Positions 38,683-52,535 of a stretch of DNA of 64,000 bases are shown here, piece by piece. Origin of the DNA: Spirochaetota bacterium (lineage in GTDB: Bacteria > Spirochaetota > UBA12135 > COTS27 > CBDBHE01); the NCBI GenBank assembly GCA_965205605.1, contig CBDBHE010000007.1:576229-640228 (forward strand), given 5' to 3'. The translations under genes and the position numbers were made by a program. A model generated the notes under the pieces. The model worked only from the letters and a program-made list of their open reading frames with translations. It was not told the DNA's origin and searched no databases. Positions within the stretch are counted from its first letter, which is position 1; the number at the start of each line of letters is the position of its first letter.

Positions 38683-40063
38683 AGATATTTTAAGAGAAAC
38701 AAAAGGGACCTTTATTTTTCATAAAAAAAAAATTAAAAAAATTGAAACAGTTTCTACAGATACTAGAACCATTAGAAAAAATCAATTATTTATTTCTCTC
38801 ACAGGTCAAAATTATCAAGGGGTTTTATTTTGCCTTGACGCTTATAAAAAAGGGTGTCGATTATTTGTAGTTCAAACAAAAGACTATTCAAAAGTTTCAA
38901 AAGAGCTTTTAACTAAAAAAATTGTTGTTATTTTAGTTAAAAACACTCTCGATGCTTATCAGTCTTTAGCTCGTTTTTATTTAAAATCTTTTGCTGGAAC
39001 AAAAATAGCCATTACAGGTTCGGCGGGAAAAACCATGACCAAGCAGCTTTTAGGGCATTTTTTAAACACAAAATATAAAGTCTTTGTTTCTAAGAAAAAT
39101 GAAAATAATCAAATAGGGATCCCTAAAAATATTTTTTTAATAAAAAAGCCTTCTGATTTTTTTATTTTTGAATTTGGAATGAATCATCGAGGAGAAATCA
39201 AACGTCTTTCTTGGATAGTTAAACCTAATATCACGTTGATCACTAATATTTTACCCGCTCACTTAGAATTTTTTAAAAACTTAAATGAAATTGCAAAAGC
39301 TAAATCAGAAATTTTTAAATATCAAAAAAAATCAGGGATGGCTTTTTTAAATCAGCACTCAAAAGAACTCTCTATTCAAAAAAAATACACAATTTCTATC
39401 AAAAAAACGTTTTTTTTTGATTCAACATGTCTTTCAGTGATTTCTTCTTTTGGGAAAAAAATGCATTTTTTTATCCAAGACCGTCAAACAAAAAATAATT
39501 ATCCCTGTCCAATCATTAACCCCATGACGCTTTCTAATCTAGAAGCAGCTTTACGTTTAGCAGAAGTTTTAAGCATCCCAAGGCAACACGCGCTTCAATC
39601 TCTTAAAAAATTTCAAATGCCTAAAAGACGATTTACAATGGTTTGTAAAAAACCTCTTGTGATTGATGATGCTTATAATGCCAACCCGGCTTCAATTTTT
39701 AAAACCATCGAAGGAATTTTAACGTTATTTGAAACTGTTAAAAAAAAAAATTTTCATATTGTTTTAGGGGATGTTTTTGAGCTAGGGGTCCATATGAAGG
39801 CTTGTTATTTAAAGATGGCTTTACAATTAAGTGATTTACTTAAAACAAAAAAACCAAACATCTTTTTTTATTTCATTGGAAAAGAAATAAAAATGTGTTA
39901 TGATAAACTTATTTGGGTTGATAAACAATATTTTTTAAATCAAGCATCTTTAATTAGTATTCTTTGTCATAAAGTAAAAAAAGATTCGATTGTTTTATTT
40001 AAAGCTTCTAATGGGATGAAGTTTAACCAACTTATAAAGGAGTTTTTATGCTTTATCACTTAA
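38666..40063 (+). CDS. murF: UDP-N-acetylmuramoyl-tripeptide--D-alanyl-D-alanine ligase
   Basis: DTRTI, ITGSAGKTMTK, GMNHRGEI and DDAYNANP. I chose the ATG at 38666 (MKLTLEDI). The track uses the TTG at 38654. Confidence 0.9.
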   Translation: MKLTLEDILRETKGTFIFHKKKIKKIETVSTDTRTIRKNQLFISLTGQNYQGVLFCLDAYKKGCRLFVVQTKDYSKVSKELLTKKIVVILVKNTLDAYQSLARFYLKSFAGTKIAITGSAGKTMTKQLLGHFLNTKYKVFVSKKNENNQIGIPKNIFLIKKPSDFFIFEFGMNHRGEIKRLSWIVKPNITLITNILPAHLEFFKNLNEIAKAKSEIFKYQKKSGMAFLNQHSKELSIQKKYTISIKKTFFFDSTCLSVISSFGKKMHFFIQDRQTKNNYPCPIINPMTLSNLEAALRLAEVLSIPRQHALQSLKKFQMPKRRFTMVCKKPLVIDDAYNANPASIFKTIEGILTLFETVKKKNFHIVLGDVFELGVHMKACYLKMALQLSDLLKTKKPNIFFYFIGKEIKMCYDKLIWVDKQYFLNQASLISILCHKVKKDSIVLFKASNGMKFNQLIKEFLCFIT

Positions 40064-41163
40064 TTTATCCGTTAAATCATTATATTAGTGGTCTAAATAT
40101 TTTTAGATACATCACATTTCGTTCGGTGATTGCGATTTTTATTAGTTTTATTATTTTTATTATTTTTGGTAGTCGATTCATTGCTTTTTTAAAGAAAAAA
40201 GAAAAAATGACCCTTAGAAAATTAACTCCTAAAACGCATCAAAAAAAAACAGGGATTCCTACGATGGGAGGGGTCTTAATTATTTCGGCTATTTTTATTA
40301 GTGTTTTAATTTGTGGCAAGTTAAATAATGAAGGGGTGGTTCTTTGTTTTTTAACGCTTTTAGGGTTTGGGTTACTTGGATTTTTAGATGACTTTATTAA
40401 GAATTCAAAAAAAGATGGAAGAGGGATTGGGGTGAAAATTAAATTATTTTTTCAAATTATCCTTGCATTGATGATCGTATTTTATCTTTATTTTAAAAAA
40501 GGAGCTCCTTATTATATTCATTTTCCTTTTGATCATTTAAAAGAACCTATCACTTTGATCGTATTTCCTTTTTTTAGTCTTGTTAATTTTGATTTAAAGC
40601 AATTTTATATTCCTTTTGCTGTTTTTATTATTATTGCTTTTTCCAATGCGGTTAATTTTACAGATGGTTTAGATGGACTTGCCATTGGGCTTACGTTGTT
40701 GGTGATGCTTTCGGTGATGGGGTTTGCTTATGTGACAGGGAATGGGGTTTTTGCTAGTTATCTTAAAATACCTTTTATTGAGGATGCCGGAGAGATTACC
40801 GTTTTTGCAGGAGCATTGGTAGGGGCATGTCTTGGATTTTTATGGTTTAATGCCCATCCAGCTCAAATTTTTATGGGAGATACGGGCTCGCTTGCCCTTG
40901 GAAGTGTGATTGGAGTCCTTAGTTTGATTTTAAAAATCGAACTACTCATACCTATTATAGGGGGTGTTTTTGTTTTAGAAGCACTTTCAGTATTTTTACA
41001 AATTTCATTTTATAAATTATTTCAAAAACGTATTTTTAAAATGGCTCCTTTGCATCATCATTTTGAAATGATGGGTTGGAGTGAAAGTAAAATCATCTTT
41101 AGATTTTGGATTGTAGGGGCTATTTTTGCTTTAATTGGATTTGCTTCTTTAAAAATTCGTTAA
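40048..41163 (+). CDS. mraY: Phospho-N-acetylmuramoyl-pentapeptide transferase
   Basis: FRYITFRS, TPTMGG, GFLDDF, NAVNFTDGLDGLA, GDTGSLALG and PLHHHFE. Confidence 0.97.
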   Translation: MLYHLIYPLNHYISGLNIFRYITFRSVIAIFISFIIFIIFGSRFIAFLKKKEKMTLRKLTPKTHQKKTGIPTMGGVLIISAIFISVLICGKLNNEGVVLCFLTLLGFGLLGFLDDFIKNSKKDGRGIGVKIKLFFQIILALMIVFYLYFKKGAPYYIHFPFDHLKEPITLIVFPFFSLVNFDLKQFYIPFAVFIIIAFSNAVNFTDGLDGLAIGLTLLVMLSVMGFAYVTGNGVFASYLKIPFIEDAGEITVFAGALVGACLGFLWFNAHPAQIFMGDTGSLALGSVIGVLSLILKIELLIPIIGGVFVLEALSVFLQISFYKLFQKRIFKMAPLHHHFEMMGWSESKIIFRFWIVGAIFALIGFASLKIR

Positions 41164-41164
41164 A

Positions 41165-42094
41165 TTATTTTAATAAAACATCAGGAAGTTTGAAAAAAAC
41201 ATTTTCTCGATTTTCTTGATGATCTTCTACTGCACTAACGTTAAAATTTTCTTGAGTCCAATCAATGAGATCTTTTAATAAGTGGTCAGGTGCTGAGGCC
41301 CCTGAAGAAAAACCAACTGTTTGTACTTTATCAAACCATTCTTTTTTAACATCTTCATAGGTATCGATTAGATAAGAAGAGATTTTTTTTGAAAGACCTA
41401 ATTCTCTCAGTCGATTGGAATTAGAGCTATTTTGCGACCCAATAATAATTAATAAGTCAATTTTGTCGGTCATTTCTAAGACAGCTTTTTGTCGATTGGT
41501 TGTTGCGTAACAAATATCCCCTTGACTGGGACCTTGAATATGAGGGAATTTTGCTTTTAGAGCGTCAATGATATTTTTTGTTTCGTAAATCGAAAGAGTA
41601 GTTTGAGTGGTATAAGCAATTTGCTTTTGAGAAGAAAAGTTTAGTTTCTCAACATCTTTGACTGTTTGCACCAAAGTAATTTTATCTTTTTTTAATTGCC
41701 CCATCGTCCCTTCTACTTCGGGGTGATTTTTGTGCCCAATGAGAATGGTATGGATTTTTTTTTTATCGAAACGTTCAATAGATTTATGGACTTTTTTGAC
41801 CAAAGGACATGTTGCATCAATTTGAATGAGCTTTTTTTCACTCGATTCAGTATAAATTAATTTACTAACTCCGTGAGCTGAAAAAATAACAATAGCTCCT
41901 TTTGGGATCTTTGTAATCTCTTCAACAAAGATAACGCCTTTTTTTTTAAGATCTTCAACAACGAATCGATTGTGTACGATTTCATGCTTAACATAAATGG
42001 GAGGGCCATATTTCAGTAGTGCTTTTTCGACAATTAAAATAGCTCTTTCAACACCAGCACAAAAGCCTCTAGGATTTGCTAAAATGATTTTCAT
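41165..42094 (-). CDS. ispH: 4-hydroxy-3-methylbut-2-enyl diphosphate reductase
   Basis: ANPRGFCAGVERAI, HEIVHN, SAHGVS, DATCPLV and GASAPD. Confidence 0.95.
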   Translation of the reverse strand: MKIILANPRGFCAGVERAILIVEKALLKYGPPIYVKHEIVHNRFVVEDLKKKGVIFVEEITKIPKGAIVIFSAHGVSKLIYTESSEKKLIQIDATCPLVKKVHKSIERFDKKKIHTILIGHKNHPEVEGTMGQLKKDKITLVQTVKDVEKLNFSSQKQIAYTTQTTLSIYETKNIIDALKAKFPHIQGPSQGDICYATTNRQKAVLEMTDKIDLLIIIGSQNSSNSNRLRELGLSKKISSYLIDTYEDVKKEWFDKVQTVGFSSGASAPDHLLKDLIDWTQENFNVSAVEDHQENRENVFFKLPDVLLK

Positions 42095-42173
42095 TTTTTA
42101 CTTGATTTACTTGAGATAGATCATTAATTAATTATATCATTTAAACATAAATGTTAAAAAAAATTAAAATCAA

Positions 42174-42593
42174 ATGAATCTTTTTATCAAAATTATTATT
42201 AAAAAAATCGAATTTTTTATTCGTTTTAAAATCTTAGATTTAACAAGTCGTCAAAAATTAACACTTCTAGTTTTAGTCTTTCTTTTTTTTTGTTGCTTGT
42301 TTTTGTTAATGCTTGTCATCTCGTTATCTGAAAAAAAAGAAAATGATAATAAAAAAAAAGAAAAAAAAATGACTCTTTCTAAAACAAAAGTTAAAAATAT
42401 CAAGTTAAATAATTATTACTTATATTTAAACGATGATTATTATACTCAAGAAGACTTAGAGTATATTATTAAACCAGAAAAACTAGAGCCAGGTAACCAA
42501 GAAGCTATTTTCATCGATATTCTTAAAAAAAATAAAATTTTTAATAATATCGATGAGCTTATTCAAATAGAACTTAACAAAGTGGCCCGTTAA
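42174..42593 (+). CDS. Hypothetical single-pass membrane protein
   Basis: TM segment LTLLVLVFLFFCCLFLLMLVISL followed by a Lys-rich linker. No recognisable domain. Confidence 0.45.
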   Translation: MNLFIKIIIKKIEFFIRFKILDLTSRQKLTLLVLVFLFFCCLFLLMLVISLSEKKENDNKKKEKKMTLSKTKVKNIKLNNYYLYLNDDYYTQEDLEYIIKPEKLEPGNQEAIFIDILKKNKIFNNIDELIQIELNKVAR

Positions 42594-42594
42594 A

Positions 42595-45087
42595 TTAAGT
42601 TAATTTGTTTTCGTTAGTTTTTTTCTTCTTTTTAGGGGTTTCTTGAGTTTCAGGTTTGAGGATCTCAACATTAATGGTTTTATTATTTTTTAAACTAAGT
42701 TTAAAAGTTTGACCTGGTTTTATTTTTTCTTCTAATAAATAAGAAGCAAGTTTATCTTCAACTTCTGCTTGAATGGCTCTTCTAAGAGGTCTAGCACCAT
42801 ATTGTTTATTGTATCCCTTTTTGACAAGATATTCTTTAACATTTTGATCAATTTGAAGTTGAATTTTTTGATCTTTTAAATTGAGTTTTAGCTCATCTAG
42901 AAAAATATCCAATACCTTAATCACCTCTTTTTCTGAAAGAGGGTTAAAAATAATAATGTCATCAATACGGTTAATAAACTCAGGATTAAATTTTTTCTTC
43001 AGTTCAGCCATGGCTACTTTTTTGTAATAAGTCTGACCTTCTTTAGAATACGAATGAGGCTGAAACCCTAAACTAGAGCCGTGAATCATTTCTTTCCCTC
43101 CTAAATTAGAAGTCATGATGATAATCGTATTTGTAAAATCGACTTTATGCCCTAATTGATCATTTAAATAACCATCTTCTAAAACTTGCAACAACATGTT
43201 AAAGATTTCTGAATGAGCTTTTTCGATTTCATCAAATAAAATAACACAATAAGGATTTTGTCTTATTTTTCCAGTTAATTCGCCGCCTTCTTCATAGCCT
43301 ACATAACCGGGAGGAGAGCCGATTAATCTTGAAGCATTGTGTTTTTCCATAAACTCTGACATATCAATTCGTATAAGGGCGTCTTCAGATCCAAAAATAA
43401 ATTGAGCGAGTATTTTTGCAAGCTTGGTTTTCCCTACTCCTGTGGGCCCTAGAAAAATAAAAGAACCCGCTGGTTTTTTATTACTTCTAATGCCTGAACG
43501 AGAACTTCTAAATATTTTTGAGATATTTTCAATCGCTTCATTTTGACCAATAAGTTCTTTTTGGAGATTTTTTTCCATATTAATGAGGCGCTTCTTTTCT
43601 TCTTTTTCTAAATAAATAGTTGGTATTTTAGTAATTTCACTAATCGTTTCAGCAATGTTAGCTGGGGTAATTTTGAAAGCTTTTGATTTTTTTGATTTTT
43701 CCCATGTATCTAAGGTTTCTTTTAGGGCTTCTTTTTTAGATTGGATTTTGTCTCTAACGATCGCTGCTTTTTCAAATTCTTGATTTTTAACAACATTGGT
43801 TTTTTCTTTTGTTAATTGTTCGATTTCCAGTTCCATTTCCTTTAAATAATTAGGGCGATTGCAGTTAAGTAATCTTGCTTTGGCCCCGACTTCATCTAAG
43901 ATATCAATGGCAGTATCTGGAAGAAATTTTTCTGTAAGATATCTTTTAGCAAATTTAACCGTTGCTTCAATTGTTTCTAAAGGATATTTGACATTATGAT
44001 AAGATTCGTATTTTTCTTTTAAACCTTTTAAAATTTCAATGGTTGTTGAAACACTAGGTTCTTCAACGGTAATTTTTTGAAATCGCCTGACTAAAGCAGT
44101 GTCTCTTTCGATATAACGCTTGTATTCTTTTAAAGTTGTTGAACCAATACATTGCAATTCTCCACGACTAAGAGAAGGTTTTAAAATATTGGCAGCATCC
44201 ATAGCTCCTTCGGCACCACCAGCCCCTATAAGAGTGTGGACTTCATCAATAAAAAGGATGATGTCTTTAGCTCGTTTAATTTCAAGCATAATATTTTTAA
44301 ATCGTTCTTCAAATTCACCTCGATACTTTGTTCCCGCCACACATGCAGCTAAGTCTAAAACAACCACTCGTTTATTGAAAAGTAAATAAGGGGTTTCTTT
44401 TTTAAAGATTTTAGTGGCCAGTCCTTCAACGATGGCTGATTTTCCAACTCCTGGTTCTCCAATTAAAATAGGGTTGTTTTTTGTTCGACGGGATAAAATT
44501 TGGATTAATCGATTTATTTCTTTTTTTCGACCAATGACAGGGTCTAATTGATCTTCTTGAGCTAGTTTTGTTAAGTCTCTACTAAAATTATCTGTTGTTG
44601 GAGTTTTAACAACCTTTTCATCATTAAAAAACTCTCCTTTTGGGAGCATCCCAAACCCTAAAATATTAACGGTAATACGTCTTAATTGAGATAAATTAAC
44701 ATTACGAGATTCTAAAGTATTATAAATAGTGCTTTCTTCTCGATAGATTCCTAGTAGGAGGTGTTCTGTTCCGATGTAATGATGGCCTAAAACTTTTGCT
44801 TCTTCAGCACTAAGAGTTAAGATTTTTTGAACTCGATCAGAAGGTTGGATTTCTCCTAATAATAAAGTGTTGGTAGAAGATTTTAAAATATTACTCACTT
44901 CATATTTAATTTTTTCAACATCAATATTTAATTTTTGTAATACTTTTACAGCAATACTTTCATTTTCTCTAAGTAACCCTAAAAAAATGTGTTCTGGTTG
45001 AATTTTGTCAGAATTAAAATTTTTTGCTTCTTCTTGAGCATATTGATTAATTACTTTTTGTGCTTTCGCTGTTAGACCACTAAACAT
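42595..45087 (-). CDS. clpC: ClpC-type AAA+ chaperone (Clp_N repeats, UVR motif, two AAA modules)
   Basis: Clp N-domain repeats, GEPGVGKSA, the UVR-like segment [21 protein letters not shown] and GARPLRR. GGAGG lies upstream of the ATG. Confidence 0.92.
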   Translation of the reverse strand: MFSGLTAKAQKVINQYAQEEAKNFNSDKIQPEHIFLGLLRENESIAVKVLQKLNIDVEKIKYEVSNILKSSTNTLLLGEIQPSDRVQKILTLSAEEAKVLGHHYIGTEHLLLGIYREESTIYNTLESRNVNLSQLRRITVNILGFGMLPKGEFFNDEKVVKTPTTDNFSRDLTKLAQEDQLDPVIGRKKEINRLIQILSRRTKNNPILIGEPGVGKSAIVEGLATKIFKKETPYLLFNKRVVVLDLAACVAGTKYRGEFEERFKNIMLEIKRAKDIILFIDEVHTLIGAGGAEGAMDAANILKPSLSRGELQCIGSTTLKEYKRYIERDTALVRRFQKITVEEPSVSTTIEILKGLKEKYESYHNVKYPLETIEATVKFAKRYLTEKFLPDTAIDILDEVGAKARLLNCNRPNYLKEMELEIEQLTKEKTNVVKNQEFEKAAIVRDKIQSKKEALKETLDTWEKSKKSKAFKITPANIAETISEITKIPTIYLEKEEKKRLINMEKNLQKELIGQNEAIENISKIFRSSRSGIRSNKKPAGSFIFLGPTGVGKTKLAKILAQFIFGSEDALIRIDMSEFMEKHNASRLIGSPPGYVGYEEGGELTGKIRQNPYCVILFDEIEKAHSEIFNMLLQVLEDGYLNDQLGHKVDFTNTIIIMTSNLGGKEMIHGSSLGFQPHSYSKEGQTYYKKVAMAELKKKFNPEFINRIDDIIIFNPLSEKEVIKVLDIFLDELKLNLKDQKIQLQIDQNVKEYLVKKGYNKQYGARPLRRAIQAEVEDKLASYLLEEKIKPGQTFKLSLKNNKTINVEILKPETQETPKKKKKTNENKLT

Positions 45088-45369
45088 TTTTTAAATAAGC
45101 CTCCACTTTTATAAAATTTAGAAGGAAATAAATAGATGAATAGTCATGTACTATTACCTAATTATATCTTATATTATCTTACTTATTTTAATTTTAATAT
45201 AATGTTTTTTATTGAATAAGTAAAATAATTTAATTTTTTTTTTAAAACTTTTAAATAAGTTTTTGATTTCAAAACCCACTTAATTAAAGTTTTTTTTTGA
45301 AAAGAGATTTGATTTTTAAAATAAATGATGTTAGTTTAACGTTTATAAATATTTTAAGGAGTAAAAGAG

Positions 45370-46917
45370 ATGAAATTGAATTTGATTGATATTATTTTTT
45401 TTATTAGTTTTATTATATTAGTTGTGGTGATTTCTATGGTTGCATCAAGGAAAAAGAAAACGTCTTCATCGGATTATTTTTTAGCTGGGAGAGGGCTTAC
45501 TTGGTGGTTGATAGCGTTTTCGTTAATTGCTTCTAATATATCAACAGAGCATTTTGTTGGGATGGCGGGAGCTGGTTTTGGGGAAGCGGGACTTGCGATA
45601 GCAAGCTATGAGTGGATTGCGGCGGTGACGCTTGTGTTTGTGGCATTATTTTTGCTTCCTTTTTTCTTGAGGCTAGGGATTTATACGATGCCGGAGTTTT
45701 TGGAGCATCGCTATGGGCCTCAGTCAAGGATGATTATGGCGATTTTTATGATTATTGCATATGTGGGAGTGGCGATGGTGGCCGTCATTTACTCAGGAGC
45801 GATTGGTTTAAAAACGATTTTTGGTCTTGATTTAAGGTATGGAATTTGGATGATTGGTATTTTATCAGGGATTTATACGATTTATGGGGGGCTTAAGGCG
45901 GTTGTTTGGTCGGACTTGATCCAAGGATCTACTTTATTAATAGGGGGTTTATTTGTGACGCTTATTGCTCTTTCAAAAGTGGGAGGATTAGATGTTTTTT
46001 TAACAGAAAGTGCAGATAAACTGCATACGATTTTACCAGCGGACCATTCAGAGATTCCTTTTACGGCTCTTTTTTTAGGGATTTGGATTCCCAATTTATT
46101 TTACTGGGGGTTTAATCAGTTTATTACTCAAAGGACTTTAGGGGCTAAAAGTATTAAAGAAGGACAAATAGGAATTATTGTGGCTGCTCTTATAAAGCTA
46201 GTGATTCCTTTTATTATTGTTTTTCCTGGAATTATTGCGTATCAACTTTATGCTTCAGAGATTCCTAGTGGAGATCAAGCATACCCTTTTTTAATTAAAA
46301 AATTATTACCCATTGGTTTTAGAGGATTGATGTTTGCGGCATTGTTTGGAGCGATTATGAGTAGTTTGGACTCGATGTTAAACTCAGCGTCTACGATTTT
46401 CACGATTGATATTTATAAGAAGCATTTAAACAAAAAAGCAGAATCTAAGAGATTAGTAAAAATAGGGCGTATTTCGACAGCTATTTTAGCTATCATGGCT
46501 TGTATTTTAGGCCCTTTACCAGAAATTTTAGGAGAAGGTGTTTTTAATTATATTCAAAAAATTTGGGGGTTTATTTCTCCTGGAATTGTAGTTGTTTTTA
46601 TTTTTGGTTTTATTTTTAGAAGAGCTCCTCAAATGGCAGCTAATATTGTGATGATAGCAGGTATTTTTGTGTATGCTGTTTTACTTTATAGTTTTCCAAA
46701 GGTTGCTTTTTTAAATCATATGGCATTTACCTTTATTGTGCTTGTGATGATTATGGGTATTGTCACCATGATCAAACCACTTAAAAAACCGGCGACTTTT
46801 AGTGATAAAAACCAGCTTAAAGGAGAAGAGATTGATTTATCGACAAGTCTTTTGGCAAAAATTTTAGGGGGCGTGGTTGTTATTTTAACGATTATGCTTT
46901 ACGTGTATTTTAGATAA
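45370..46917 (+). CDS. Sodium:solute symporter family transporter (SGLT/vSGLT-like sugar transporter)
   Basis: About 13-14 TM segments. DYFLAGRGLTWW, MPEFLEHRYG and QRTLGAKSIKEGQ. AAGGAG SD 8 nt upstream. Elevated G+C. Confidence 0.88.
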   Translation: MKLNLIDIIFFISFIILVVVISMVASRKKKTSSSDYFLAGRGLTWWLIAFSLIASNISTEHFVGMAGAGFGEAGLAIASYEWIAAVTLVFVALFLLPFFLRLGIYTMPEFLEHRYGPQSRMIMAIFMIIAYVGVAMVAVIYSGAIGLKTIFGLDLRYGIWMIGILSGIYTIYGGLKAVVWSDLIQGSTLLIGGLFVTLIALSKVGGLDVFLTESADKLHTILPADHSEIPFTALFLGIWIPNLFYWGFNQFITQRTLGAKSIKEGQIGIIVAALIKLVIPFIIVFPGIIAYQLYASEIPSGDQAYPFLIKKLLPIGFRGLMFAALFGAIMSSLDSMLNSASTIFTIDIYKKHLNKKAESKRLVKIGRISTAILAIMACILGPLPEILGEGVFNYIQKIWGFISPGIVVVFIFGFIFRRAPQMAANIVMIAGIFVYAVLLYSFPKVAFLNHMAFTFIVLVMIMGIVTMIKPLKKPATFSDKNQLKGEEIDLSTSLLAKILGGVVVILTIMLYVYFR

Positions 46918-46930
46918 TTTTTAATTTTAA

Positions 46931-50467
<3,537 letters not shown>

Positions 50468-50473
50468 AGTTAT

Positions 50474-51007
50474 TTATAAAAAATTGACATTAACGTAATG
50501 TTCAATTTTATAAATTAGTGAATCTTCTTTTCCTTTTTGGATCATTTTTTGCTTTTTAAATTGCTCTAAATAAGGGGGAAAAAATGTATCGCAATCAAAG
50601 GTATGTTGTACTTCTGTGATGTAGAGAGAATGGCAATTTGGGTGTGAAATTGCCATTTGATACACTTCACCTCCTCCAATAACAAATATTTGGTGAACGT
50701 TACTCTTATTTGTCAGTTGGTTTAAAGTAGATTGGAAATTAGAAAAAAAAGAAACTTCTTTTTCTTTTGGGTATTTTTTTTTTGAAAGAATGATGTTGTC
50801 TCTTCCTTGCAAAGGTCTATAATTTTTAGGGATTGAAAAATAGGTTTTTCTTCCCATAATAACACTGTTTTTTTTACCTTTTGGGGCAAGTAAGGTGGTG
50901 TGTTTAAACCACTTGATATCTTCCCTTAATTTCCAAGGAAGTTTTCTCTTGAGGCTAATTCCTCTTTTTTTATCTACAGCAACTATGATAGAAAAAAGAG
51001 GTTTCAT
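50474..51007 (-). CDS. folA: Dihydrofolate reductase
   Basis: LPWKL..D.KWFK, VIMGRKTYFSIP and IFVIGGGEVY. Confidence 0.9.
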   Translation of the reverse strand: MKPLFSIIVAVDKKRGISLKRKLPWKLREDIKWFKHTTLLAPKGKKNSVIMGRKTYFSIPKNYRPLQGRDNIILSKKKYPKEKEVSFFSNFQSTLNQLTNKSNVHQIFVIGGGEVYQMAISHPNCHSLYITEVQHTFDCDTFFPPYLEQFKKQKMIQKGKEDSLIYKIEHYVNVNFL

Positions 51008-51009
51008 GA

Positions 51010-51864
51010 TTAGATAGCAATAGGGAAACTAATTTTAGAGTGAGATTGATAATTTTTTAAGGTAGTTTGGGAATGTTCCCATTTAAAGAGGCTGTTAAAC
51101 TGCTTAGTGGTGATGGAGGGGAGTTTTAGAGGAGTGCGTAGGAGTTGTTGTTTGGCTTGTTTAATATGATTTTCATAAATATGCACATCGCTTAACATTC
51201 CAGTGACAGTCCCTTCTTTGAGCTTGGCTTCTTTTGCAAACAAATGTAAGAGAAGAGAATAAGAGGCCAAATTAAATGGAATCCCCAGCATTAAATCACA
51301 GCTTCGTTGAAACCAATTGAGATGAAGGGTTTTGTTAATGACAATGAGATGAAACAAAATATGACAAGGAGGAAGAGCCATTAAATGAAGGTCATTTGGA
51401 TTCCAGGCACTGACGATCATCCTTCTATCTGTAGGATTTTCTTTTAAGGTTTTGATGACTTGTTTGATTTGATCAAAGCTTTTTTGAGGAGAAGATGAAT
51501 GAGCCCCAAACTGTCTCCATTGGTATCCATAAATAGGCCCTAAATCAGTTTCTTCTAGTTGTTTTTTTTTTCTTTCTTTTTCACTCATTTTTTTTGTTAG
51601 ATAAACAGGCGAGCACCATTCATCCCATATATGACACCCTCTCTCTTGTAACCATTTTTTATCAGTATAGCCTTTTATAAAGAATTCGAGTTCTACTTTA
51701 ATACTTTTAAAAGCCATTTTTTTGGTGGTTAAAAGAGGGAAGCCTTCTTTTAGATGATGTTTTAAGCAAGTACCTGTAATTGTTTTTGCTTTAATACCAG
51801 TTCGATTTTTTTTCCAAGAACCTTTTTTTAGAACGGTTTCAACTAATTCGAGATAATTTTTCAT
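51010..51864 (-). CDS. thyA: Thymidylate synthase (ThyA type)
   Basis: MKNYLELVETVL, DLGPIYGYQWR, ALPPCHILFHL, QRSCDLMLGIPFNLASYSLL and DVHIYENH. I chose the start at the MKNYLE Met (51864), which removes the overlap with pdxH. The track uses 51915. Confidence 0.93.
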   Translation of the reverse strand: MKNYLELVETVLKKGSWKKNRTGIKAKTITGTCLKHHLKEGFPLLTTKKMAFKSIKVELEFFIKGYTDKKWLQERGCHIWDEWCSPVYLTKKMSEKERKKKQLEETDLGPIYGYQWRQFGAHSSSPQKSFDQIKQVIKTLKENPTDRRMIVSAWNPNDLHLMALPPCHILFHLIVINKTLHLNWFQRSCDLMLGIPFNLASYSLLLHLFAKEAKLKEGTVTGMLSDVHIYENHIKQAKQQLLRTPLKLPSITTKQFNSLFKWEHSQTTLKNYQSHSKISFPIAI

Positions 51865-51887
51865 AATTTTTTTTGATTGATTTAGCT

Positions 51888-52526
51888 TTAAGGAGAGAGT
51901 CGATAATAATGCCAATTTTTTTTTTTTTGATAAATAATTCTATCGTGCAGTCGATTTTCTCTACCTTGCCAAAATTCGATTAGATGGGGTTTTATAAGAA
52001 ACCCTCCCCAAGATTCAGGTTTTGGAATGATGGGTTTATTTTTAAAAGTTTCCAATTGATTTTTAAAATCGAGCTCGAGTTTTTCTCTATTTTCTATTAT
52101 TTGACTTTGTTTTGAAACAGTAATGGCTATTTGAGAAAGTCTAGGCCTCTTTTGATGGTAAGTATTGGAGATTTTTTGACTTGTTTTTTGAGCGATTCCT
52201 AATATAATAATTTGCTTTTCTAAAGAGGGCCAATAAAAATTTAGTGAAACTTTATTGTTAAAATTAATTTGTTTTCCTTTTTGACTTTCATAATTAGTAA
52301 AAAATAAAAAAGCTTCTTTTTGATATCCTTTTAGTAAGATAATTCTTGAAAAAGGTTGATGGTTGTTATCAGTGGTTGAAAGGACAGTGGATTCGTAGTC
52401 TAAGATTTTTTCTTTTTTGGCTAGTTGAAACCACACATGAAAAAGTTTCATTGGATTTTTTGGGAGATCTTTTTCTTTTAAAGAATTTTTTTGATATTCT
52501 CTTCTTTTTTGAAACCAAAAAAACAT
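51888..52526 (-). CDS. pdxH: Pyridoxamine 5'-phosphate oxidase
   Basis: P.SRIILLKGY, FFTNYESQKG, and a C-terminal WGGFLIKPHLIEFWQGRENRLHDRI. Confidence 0.9.
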   Translation of the reverse strand: MFFWFQKRREYQKNSLKEKDLPKNPMKLFHVWFQLAKKEKILDYESTVLSTTDNNHQPFSRIILLKGYQKEAFLFFTNYESQKGKQINFNNKVSLNFYWPSLEKQIIILGIAQKTSQKISNTYHQKRPRLSQIAITVSKQSQIIENREKLELDFKNQLETFKNKPIIPKPESWGGFLIKPHLIEFWQGRENRLHDRIIYQKKKNWHYYRLSP

Positions 52527-52535
52527 GGTTTTTTT

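Noticed and set aside
45136-45219. 27-codon ORF (MNSHVLLPNYILYYLTYFNFNIMFFIE) with an AAGGAA-like site upstream, in the spacer before the symporter gene
   Set aside because: It is extremely A/T-rich and hydrophobic simply by composition. It has no recognisable leader-peptide logic and cannot be supported without conservation data.
45641-45655. TGGCAT-N5-TTGC with exact sigma-54 -24/-12 spacing (notable because rpoN is in the window)
   Set aside because: It is located about 270 nt inside the symporter coding sequence with no downstream gene start to serve. It is most likely a chance match. It could be revisited if internal transcription starts are ever mapped.
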